From positions 1 to 64,000 of the forward strand of contig JAXLQJ010000015.1 of the NCBI GenBank assembly GCA_046331705.1: DNA of 64,000 nucleotides, in the 5' to 3' direction. The first letter of the stretch is position 1. Each line of letters begins with the position of its first letter. The notes under the pieces were generated by a model. The model did not search any database. It saw nothing but the letters and a program-made list of their open reading frames with translations, and was not told the DNA's origin. Both the position numbers and the translations under genes were made by a program. Shown one piece after another: positions 1-7,361 of the stretch. Source of the stretch: a bacterium (lineage in GTDB: Bacteria; JADJOY01).

Positions 1-1885
1 CCTCGAACGGGAAGGCCGCCGCGAACTCGTGGAACGCGGCGTCCGGCGCGGTGAAGGCGTGCCCCTGGACGAGCTTGCGCGCGGCGTAGAGGTTCGCGAG
101 CTCGCCGGCCATTTCGAGGACCTGCCGGTGGACGCGCTCCTTGGCGCGCGCCCACCCGGCTCCGCCGAGCTTCGAGAGCGCGGGGCCCGAGCCGTCCTCG
201 CTGCCACCGACGTAGCGCTCGACCCGCTCGATGCGGTCGACCGGCAGGTAGAGCCGATCGCCGCCGGCGTATTCGAGCTGCAGGAAATCGCCGCGGACGC
301 CCCCCGGCGCCATGGTCTTGAGCCCGCGGTAGATGCCGATGCCGAAGTCGCGATGGACGACGTGGTCGTTCTCGGAAAGCTCGCCCAGATCGAGCGAGGG
401 GCCTTCGCGCCGCCGTCGACGTGCAGCGCCGTGGCGCTTGCGGCCGAAGATCTCCTCGTCGACCACCACCACGATGCCGAGCTCGGGCCAGCGCCAGCCT
501 GCCGAGAGCGAGCCGACCGCGATGCGGATCGTGCCGCCGGCCGGCACGCGGCTCGGCGAGAGCGAGGGAAGATCCTCGATGCCGACGCGCGTCACCGCCA
601 GCGAGCGACCGGCGAAGAGCTGTTCGAGCCTGGCCGCCTGACCCTCGCTCGACGCCAGCACCAGCGGGCTCAGGTCGCGCTCGAGCCATTCGGCGAAGCG
701 CGCCGCCACCGGATCGAAGCTCTCGGCGCCCGGCACGTCCTTGGGCACCGGCGGCTCGCCGCGGCCCCATTCCACCTGGATCGTCGTGAGGCTGGGCTTG
801 TCGATGGGGTCGAGCTCGATGGCCGGAGGCGCTGCGGCCAGCCTCTCGACGCTGCCCTCGAGGTCCCAGAAGGCGTCGGCGGGGAAGTAGAGGCGTCCGG
901 ACTCGGCGATGCCTTCTTCCCAGCGGCGCAGCGCCTCGCGCGCTTCACCCCAGGTACGCGCGATCTCGAGCGCCCGATCCACGATCAACGGATCGCCGGG
1001 CTCGCGGTAGGCCGCCACCGGGACGCGCTCGTCCTCGAAGGCCGGCCAGTAGGCCTCGATGCCCGGCGCTCGGAGCTCGGCGCGGATGGTGTCGATGAGC
1101 GCGTCGCGTACCAGCTTCGCGACGCCCAGCCGGTCGGCGCGCTCCTTGATGCGGATCGCGGCGCGCTCGATCGACTCGGGTGTGAAGAGCACCTCGCGGC
1201 AGGGGCCGATCCGCGCGGCGGAGATCGACTCGAGCGAGCGCTGGGTGTCGGGGTCGAAGGTGCGCAGGGATTCGATCGCGTCGCCTTCGAGCTCGATGCG
1301 AAGCGGCAGCTCGTGATCGGGCGGGAACACGTCGACCACGCCGCCGCGGACCGCCAGCTCGCCCACCGACTCGACCCGCTCCAGACGGGCATAGCCTCCC
1401 CGCGTCAGGGCTCGGATCAGCTCCTCCCACACCAGGGACCCGCCAGGGCGCAGCTCGAGACTCGAGGCTTCGAGGTGGCTGCGCGGTAGCACGCGTTGAT
1501 GGAGGGCCTGGATGGGCACCACCACCACGCTGTGCTCGCGGGCCACCAGCGCCGTCAGCGCGCCGAGGCGCTCGAACGTGCCCGCGGCGTCGGGAGAGAG
1601 GCGTCCATCCGGCGGGTCCGGCCAGCCGGGGAGCACGCGCACCGGGAGATCGAGCGAACGCGCCGCGAGAAAGGTGGCGATGTCGTCGCGCAGCGCCCGC
1701 GCGTTGGCGAGCGTCGCGGTGACGACCCAGACCGGGCGGGTCGTGTGCTCCACGGCGGCGGCCACCAGCGCCGCGCGCGCCGGGGTCGGCAGCCCGCCGA
1801 GGCGCAGCGCCGCGCGCTCGCCGGCGAGGTGGGCGCGGACGCGCGCCTCGAGATCGTGCGCCGAGGCGGACGCGCCACCACTCAT
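1..1885 (-). CDS. mfd: Transcription-repair coupling factor (5' part; runs off the window start)
   Basis: Manual minus-strand translation from ATG at 1885: UvrB-homology segment 'GELAVRGGVVDVFPPDHELPLRIELEGDAIESLRTFDPDTQRS', RID/CarD-like 'VVHRDFGIGIYRGL...LQLEYAGGDRLYLPVDRI', then 'LSKLGGAGWARAKER...FAAAFPFE'. Absent from the ORF track because there is no stop in the window. Confidence 0.95.
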   Translation of the reverse strand, partial: MSGGASASAHDLEARVRAHLAGERAALRLGGLPTPARAALVAAAVEHTTRPVWVVTATLANARALRDDIATFLAARSLDLPVRVLPGWPDPPDGRLSPDAAGTFERLGALTALVAREHSVVVVPIQALHQRVLPRSHLEASSLELRPGGSLVWEELIRALTRGGYARLERVESVGELAVRGGVVDVFPPDHELPLRIELEGDAIESLRTFDPDTQRSLESISAARIGPCREVLFTPESIERAAIRIKERADRLGVAKLVRDALIDTIRAELRAPGIEAYWPAFEDERVPVAAYREPGDPLIVDRALEIARTWGEAREALRRWEEGIAESGRLYFPADAFWDLEGSVERLAAAPPAIELDPIDKPSLTTIQVEWGRGEPPVPKDVPGAESFDPVAARFAEWLERDLSPLVLASSEGQAARLEQLFAGRSLAVTRVGIEDLPSLSPSRVPAGGTIRIAVGSLSAGWRWPELGIVVVVDEEIFGRKRHGAARRRRREGPSLDLGELSENDHVVHRDFGIGIYRGLKTMAPGGVRGDFLQLEYAGGDRLYLPVDRIERVERYVGGSEDGSGPALSKLGGAGWARAKERVHRQVLEMAGELANLYAARKLVQGHAFTAPDAAFHEFAAAFPFE

Positions 1886-2087
1886 GACGAGATGTCGAGA
1901 TGCAATCCGGCGGACGAATCGTCGACGCGAGCGCGAACGGCGCCCGCGCGAGCCAGGCCACCGAAGCTAATGGCCGCCCCAGGGCGAATCAACCGGCTTC
2001 CGGCGCTTCTTGACCCCCATGAGCCTCGCGCCGATGATGCGCGCGCCGGAAGCGACGGCGCGCGATCGAGGCGAGGGGAGAGGCACG

Positions 2088-3161
2088 ATGGGAGCAAACG
2101 GTTCGAGCCGCGGCGCGGCGGATTGGGTGCGCGGTCTGGTCTCGCGAGCGATGCTCGTGGCGGGCCTGATCGTGGGGCTCGGGGTGCTCTTCTCCTGGGT
2201 CACCACGTACATCGCGCCCAACGAGGTCGGGATTCTCGAGAGCCGCCTGGTACCGCCACGCGGCATTCGTCCCGAGCTGTTGCCCGGCGGTCGGCTCCAT
2301 TTCCTCTTGCCGGGACAGACCATCCATCGCTTCCCGACGGACGTGCAGCTGCTCGAGCTCAACAGCGGCAGTGAGGGTGGCAACGGCCGTCGCAGCCAGC
2401 GGGTGCGCATCGAGCCCTCCGTGGAGGTGAACACGTCGGACGGCTCGCGGGTGGCCGTGGACGTGACCGTGCTGTTTCGAATCGAGAACGCGTTCACGAT
2501 CATGCAGCAGGCGGGGCCGGGCCGCCTCTACGAGAACAACACGCTCATCCCCAAGGTGATCTCGGCGCTCAAGAAGAACCTCGGCGAGATGGTCGCCGAG
2601 GACTTCTACGACGTGCACAAGCGCGCCGCGCGCCAGGCCGCGGCGCAAGAGCAGATCGCCCGCGAGCTGGTCGGGAAGGGGTTGGTGGTCGAGCACGTGC
2701 TGGTGCGCCAGTACTACTACAACCCCGAGTACCAGCAGCAGATCGAGGAGAAGAAGATCCAGGACCAGCTCAAGTTCACGCGCCAATCGGAGGGCGAGGC
2801 CGCCAAGGAGCTGGCGAAGAAGCAGGAGATCGAGGCGCGCGGCAAGGCGAACGTGGCGATCGAGACCGAGCGCGGCGGCGCCGAGGTCACCAAGATTCAG
2901 GCCGAGGCGGACGCGTACCGTCGCAAGCGGCAAGCCGAGGCGGACCTGGTGGTGAAGCTCGCGACGGCGCAGGGCACCGAGCTCGAGAACGCCGCGTACC
3001 AGGGCGGCGGCTCGGAAAACATGGTGGGCCTCGAGATGGCGCAGGTGCTCAAGGGCCTCGACGCGGTGGTGGTTCCGTCGGGCGGGAAGAGCGGCTTCAA
3101 CCCGCTCGATCTGGAGCAGGCGCTCGATCTCTTCGACGTGCAGGAGGCACCGAAGCCATGA
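2088..3161 (+). CDS. SPFH/Band 7 (HflK/C-like) membrane protein
   Basis: N-terminal TM helix, 'PNEVGILESRL', 'VNTSDGSRVAVDVTVLFRI' SPFH core, and a C-terminal AE/Q-rich coiled coil. GAGGGGAG RBS before ATG 2088. Confidence 0.88.
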   Translation: MGANGSSRGAADWVRGLVSRAMLVAGLIVGLGVLFSWVTTYIAPNEVGILESRLVPPRGIRPELLPGGRLHFLLPGQTIHRFPTDVQLLELNSGSEGGNGRRSQRVRIEPSVEVNTSDGSRVAVDVTVLFRIENAFTIMQQAGPGRLYENNTLIPKVISALKKNLGEMVAEDFYDVHKRAARQAAAQEQIARELVGKGLVVEHVLVRQYYYNPEYQQQIEEKKIQDQLKFTRQSEGEAAKELAKKQEIEARGKANVAIETERGGAEVTKIQAEADAYRRKRQAEADLVVKLATAQGTELENAAYQGGGSENMVGLEMAQVLKGLDAVVVPSGGKSGFNPLDLEQALDLFDVQEAPKP

Positions 3162-4180
3162 AGACGCTCATTCGCTGCGCACGCCGTGCGCTGCTCGTCA
3201 CGCTACCGCTCGTCGCCGCCGGCTGCATGCGCTCGACCGGCGCGACCGAGGTGGGCATCCGCATCGGCAAGCTCTTCGGCGCCGATCAGGTCGTGAGCCC
3301 GGGCAAGACCGTGATCGTGGTCCCGTTGCTCCACGATTGGTACCTCTACGACACGCGCACCCAGAACCTCGAGATGAAGATGTCGGATGGTGTGAACGAC
3401 GAGCTCGAGTTCAAGACGAAGGACGGCAACGACATCGGCGTGGACGTGACGGTCCTCTACCACATCGATCCCCAGCACGCCCCGCGGGTGCTGCGCCAGG
3501 TGGCGAGCAGCACGGACGAGCTCGAGCTCTCGGTGGTGCGGCCGCTCAGCCGCTCGATCCCGCGCGATTCGCTCAACGAGCTCTCGTCGGAGGAGTTCTA
3601 CGACTCCGACCTTCGCACCGCGAAGGAGGCCCAGGCCCTCGATCACCTGGCGGCGGCGCTCGCGCCCTACGGCGTCGTGTGCGAGCGCGTGGTGCTCGGG
3701 AACTACCGCTTCCACGACAAGTATCAGGAGGCGATCGATGCCAAGAAGGTCGCGGACCAAGCGGTGAACAAGAATCACTCGGCGGCCGAGGCCGCGGTGA
3801 AGGAATGGGAGCGCGAGCTCGAGACCACCAAGGGGCAAGTGGGACAGGTGATCGCCACCGAGCGCGGCAAGGCGCAGCAGGCGCACATGCAGGCCGACGC
3901 CTACTACGAAGCGAAGAAGCTCGAAGCCGATGCCATCCTCGCCGAGAAGAGCGCGAGCGCGCAGGGCATCCGCAAGATGCGCGAGGCCATCGCCGGTGGC
4001 GGCGGCCGCACCATGGTGAAGCTCAAGATCGCCGAGGCGCTCAAGGGCAAGCGCATCGTGCTCTTCCCGACCTCCGACTCGGCGCTGGGAGTCCAGAGCA
4101 CCAATGTGAATCAGTTCCTGGACACGATGGGACTCAAGGCCGTCGCCGAGAGGTCCACCGCCGCGCCGGCGCGGCCGTAG
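3158..4180 (+). CDS. SPFH/Band 7 domain protein, probable lipoprotein
   Basis: Lipobox-like 'LVAAGC', SPFH core 'FKTKDGNDIGVDVTVLYHID', coiled-coil tail. ATGA overlap with the upstream SPFH gene. Confidence 0.88.
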   Translation: MKTLIRCARRALLVTLPLVAAGCMRSTGATEVGIRIGKLFGADQVVSPGKTVIVVPLLHDWYLYDTRTQNLEMKMSDGVNDELEFKTKDGNDIGVDVTVLYHIDPQHAPRVLRQVASSTDELELSVVRPLSRSIPRDSLNELSSEEFYDSDLRTAKEAQALDHLAAALAPYGVVCERVVLGNYRFHDKYQEAIDAKKVADQAVNKNHSAAEAAVKEWERELETTKGQVGQVIATERGKAQQAHMQADAYYEAKKLEADAILAEKSASAQGIRKMREAIAGGGGRTMVKLKIAEALKGKRIVLFPTSDSALGVQSTNVNQFLDTMGLKAVAERSTAAPARP

Positions 4181-4181
4181 G

Positions 4182-4870
4182 CCCGCTCGTCGTCCATCGC
4201 TCCGCGAGCCAGCGGCGAGCCGACGAGCGCAGCGCGGCGCCTTGGGGGTGGGCCCCATCGCGGCTTTGCCGCGCTGGGCGGGGTGCTGGAACAGCCCCCA
4301 AACGACCACCCCGTCGAACACTCGGCGATCGGTCTCCCCGCTCGTCGTCCATCTCGCGAGCCGCGGCGGCCGACGCGCAGCGGGCGCCTGTGGGCCCCAT
4401 CGCGGCTGCCGCGCTGGGCGGGTGGAACAGCCCAAACGACACCCCGTCGAACAGGCGATCGGTCCGCCGTCGTCCATCCTCAGCGCGAGCCGGCAGCGGC
4501 GAGCCGACGAGCGCAGCGAGGCGCCTTGGGGTGGGCCCCATCGCGGCTTTGCCGCGCTGGGCGGGTGCTGGAACAGCCCCCAACGACCACCCGTCGAACA
4601 CTGGCGATCGGTCTCCCGCCGTCGTCATCTCCGCGAGCCGGCAGGCGAGCCGACGCAGCGGCGCTGGGTGGGCCACGATCGCGGCTTTGCCGCGGCGGGG
4701 GCTGGCACCCGACGACCCCGTCGAACACTTGGCGATCGGTCTCCACGCCCGTCGTCCATCTCTCCGCGAGCCGGCAGGCGAGCCGACGAGCGCAGCGCGG
4801 CGCCTCGGGGGTGGGCCCCATCGCGGCTTTGCCGCGCTGGGCGGGGGGCTGGAACAGCCCCCCGTAGAAA
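4182..4870 (+). repeat. Tandem array of five ~125-155 bp GC-rich hairpin-forming (REP/BIME-like) units
   Basis: Anchor GTCGTC(C)ATC recurs at 4189, 4344, 4469, 4621 and 4751. Units carry GGGCCCCATCGCGGCTTTGCCGCGCTGGG and GCTGGAACAGCCCC (both degraded in copies 2 and 4), and the first four carry the same linker CCCGTCGAACA..GGCGATCGGT. Confidence 0.92.
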
Positions 4871-4871
4871 C

Positions 4872-5618
4872 TCAGATCCCCAGCAGCAGACGTTGCCCGA
4901 GCTGGGGCGGGAGGCCGGCGTTCACCACCTTACGGCTCGACTTGGGAACGTCGTAGTCGACGCGGTGGTAGCTCACGACCTTCTTGGCGTCGTCGTAGGT
5001 CACGAAGGAAGCGCGCGGATCGCCGTCGCGGGGCTGCCCGACGCTGCCCGGGTTCACGAGCCAGAGCGACGCGTTGTCGAGCTGGACGTCGACTTCCTCG
5101 GACTCCTCGTAGGCCTCGATCCGGCCGTCGATGAGACGATAGAGGATGCCGCGGTGCGTGTGCCCGAAGAAGCACACGTTCACGCCCGGGTGCTTCTCCT
5201 GCATCAGCTCGAAGCTCTCGCGGGCGTCGAACTCGTTGAAAATGTAATTGTCTCGGTGTGTCACCGCGCCGTGGACCATGAGGTATCGGTCCTGGACGCG
5301 TCGGGCATCTGGCAGCACCGTCAGGAAGTGGTTGTTCTCGGCGGTGAGAACACGACGAGTCCAGAGGATGGCGTCGCGTGCGATGGGGTTGAAGTCGATG
5401 GGCTCACGGAGCCCAGCGGCGCACACGTCGTGGTTGCCCATGATGGACAGGACGTTGCGGTCGCGGATGATGTCGAGGCACTCGTTGGGGTTCGCGTTGT
5501 ATCCGACGATGTCCCCGAGGCTCACGATCTCGTCGACGCCCACCTCATCGACGCGTTTCAGGCATTCCTGGAACGCCTCGATGTTCGAGTGGATGTCAGA
5601 GACGATGGCTGTCTTCAC
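4872..5618 (-). CDS. Metallophosphoesterase (calcineurin-like, YfcE/MPP family)
   Basis: Motifs 'SDIHSN', 'LGDIVGY', 'GNHD', 'VHG', 'FFGHTH', 'NPGSVGQPRDG'. Confidence 0.93.
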   Translation of the reverse strand: MKTAIVSDIHSNIEAFQECLKRVDEVGVDEIVSLGDIVGYNANPNECLDIIRDRNVLSIMGNHDVCAAGLREPIDFNPIARDAILWTRRVLTAENNHFLTVLPDARRVQDRYLMVHGAVTHRDNYIFNEFDARESFELMQEKHPGVNVCFFGHTHRGILYRLIDGRIEAYEESEEVDVQLDNASLWLVNPGSVGQPRDGDPRASFVTYDDAKKVVSYHRVDYDVPKSSRKVVNAGLPPQLGQRLLLGI

Positions 5619-5737
5619 GAATCACGTCCTCGCGGCGCCCGTGCACGCGGCGCGGAGCATCCTGCGCTCGGCTGCGTTTGCGTGAGCGTGGTCACTCTAC
5701 CAGAGGGGATTTTTGGCTGCCAACGCTGCGTCTGGCT

Positions 5738-5753
5738 TGCCAGCGCCGTGCCA
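5738..5753 (-). promoter_or_regulatory. Candidate sigma-54 (-24/-12) promoter upstream of the metallophosphoesterase
   Basis: Minus strand reads TGGCACG-GCGC-TGGCA, with GG-N10-GC spacing and one mismatch to TGGCACG-N4-TTGCW. Intergenic. Confidence 0.45.
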
Positions 5754-5764
5754 ACGATCGTTTG

Positions 5765-6076
5765 TCACCGTTGCCGTGCTCTTTGTCGACGTTTGGCGAT
5801 TTCCAGCTCTTCGGGCTTGACCATTCGCACCGCCATCGACTTGCACTGCATGCACACCTTCGTGAACTTGCTCACCTGGCCCAGCCAGCCGCAGTCGTTG
5901 CACATGACGTCGATCATGTAGTCCTTCTTCTTGCCCTTGGGCAGCAGGCCCTTGATCACCGAGCCGCCCACGATCAGCCCCAAGAGCGCCATGACCAGGT
6001 GGAACGCCGTCAGGCCGCCGCCGATCGACGTCGCCTGCAGCCAGTCGATCAGGTCGTACACCGGTTGGAAGTTCAT
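5765..6076 (-). CDS. Small membrane protein with a C-terminal zinc ribbon
   Basis: Hydrophobic segment followed by 'CNDC...CMQC'. GGAG RBS and typical codon usage. Confidence 0.75.
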   Translation of the reverse strand: MNFQPVYDLIDWLQATSIGGGLTAFHLVMALLGLIVGGSVIKGLLPKGKKKDYMIDVMCNDCGWLGQVSKFTKVCMQCKSMAVRMVKPEELEIAKRRQRARQR

Positions 6077-6248
6077 GAGGTCTCCTCGACGTCTTCGGGA
6101 AGACGGCGCGCCCGGGCTGCAGCGCGGGGCAGCATCCTAGGGGAGAGCCGGCGGCCTCGCAACTCGGAACCTGCGCGTCGCGTGCGCTCCCGAAGGAGGG
6201 CTCGCGGCGGCGTCGCCGCCGGCCGGGAGCCGGGAAAGGCCCCCGTGG

Positions 6249-7274
6249 TCACCACGCGATCCCTGCGAGCTCGGGCTTCAGATCGCGGCTCATGAGCGCC
6301 GCGACCGCCTTGGCCGGCGATTGGTCCTTGTAGAGCATCGCGTAGATCTGCGCGGTGATCGGCATGTCGACGTAGAGCCTGAGCGCCAGCTCGTGGGCCG
6401 AGCGCGTGGTGCGCACCCCTTCGGCGACCATGCGCATCGAGCCCAGGATGTCCGCGAGCTTCTCGCCCTTGCCGAGGCGCATGCCGACGGTCCGGTTCCG
6501 CGACAGATCGCCGGTACACGTGAGCACCAGGTCGCCCATGCCCGCGAGCCCCGCGAACGTGAGCGCCTTGGCGCCGAGCTTGAGGCCGAGCCGGGTGATC
6601 TCCGCGAGTCCGCGCGTGATGATCGCCGCGCGCGTGTTGTAGCCGAGGCCGAGCCCGTCGCTCACGCCACACGCGATCGCGACCACGTTCTTGAGCGCGC
6701 CCCCCACCTCGACGCCCATCACGTCGTCGTTCGTGTAAGCGCGGAAATAAGGCGTGGCGAACGCTTCCTGCACCGCGCGCGCGATGGCGTCGTGGGCGGA
6801 CGCGACGGCGACCGCCGTGGGCATGTGCTGCGCGACCTCGCGGGCGAAGCTGGGGCCGGACAGAAACGCCAGCCGCGCGCGGTTGGGTGGCGGCACGATC
6901 TGCTCGAGGAGCTGCGACATCACCAGCCCGGTCTCGACCTCGATCCCCTTCGATGCGCTCACCACGATCGTCTCGGGGCCGAGGTGCCGTCCCACGCGAC
7001 CCCACACCTCGCGCACGACGTGCGACGGCGGCACCGACACGACCATGTCCTTCTCGCCCGTCGCCGCGGCGAGATCGGTCGTCACCTCGAGGGAGTCCGG
7101 GAGGCGGATGCCGGGGAGGTAGACCTTGTTCTCGCGCTCCTCGCGGATCGCTCGCGCCGAGTCCTCGCCGTGGCTCCACAGCGTGACCGCGAGCCCCTTC
7201 TCGGCGAGCAGCGCCGCCAGCGCGGTCCCGAAGCTGCCAGCACCGATCACACCAACGCGTCGCACGGGGTTCAT
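6249..7274 (-). CDS. gpsA: NAD(P)H-dependent glycerol-3-phosphate dehydrogenase
   Basis: 'VIGAGSFGTALA', 'LSGPSFAREVA', 'GGALKNVVAIACG', 'GLAGMGDLVLTCTGDLSRN'. Confidence 0.96.
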   Translation of the reverse strand: MNPVRRVGVIGAGSFGTALAALLAEKGLAVTLWSHGEDSARAIREERENKVYLPGIRLPDSLEVTTDLAAATGEKDMVVSVPPSHVVREVWGRVGRHLGPETIVVSASKGIEVETGLVMSQLLEQIVPPPNRARLAFLSGPSFAREVAQHMPTAVAVASAHDAIARAVQEAFATPYFRAYTNDDVMGVEVGGALKNVVAIACGVSDGLGLGYNTRAAIITRGLAEITRLGLKLGAKALTFAGLAGMGDLVLTCTGDLSRNRTVGMRLGKGEKLADILGSMRMVAEGVRTTRSAHELALRLYVDMPITAQIYAMLYKDQSPAKAVAALMSRDLKPELAGIAW

Positions 7275-7361
7275 GGGATCTCCGGACAGGGATCGTGCGC
7301 ACCTCCGTGGTGCGCATCGGTCGGCGTGCGCTGGCGAATGATCGCGCGGCTCGGCCCGCGC

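Noticed and set aside
29-1489. 486-aa plus-strand ORF and many other long Arg/Ala/Gly-rich ORFs (e.g. 28596-31556, 51080-53926, 54325-57045)
   Set aside because: These are antisense or off-frame shadows of recognisable genes, expected from stop-codon scarcity at high GC.
4175-4867. CCGTAG on both sides of the array as a target-site duplication
   Set aside because: Only 6 bp, and the right-hand copy overlaps the element's own conserved end (CCCG-NN-GAAA).
4182-4870. CRISPR array interpretation of the tandem repeat
   Set aside because: Units are 125-155 bp, the linker is the same each time (no unique spacers), and there is no cas gene in the window.
4134-4956. ORFs crossing the repeat array (e.g. 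4134-4676, 4283-4867, 4480-4821, and the start of 4242-5921)
   Set aside because: Repeat-derived peptides switch frame between copies, so there is no consistent coding frame or RBS.
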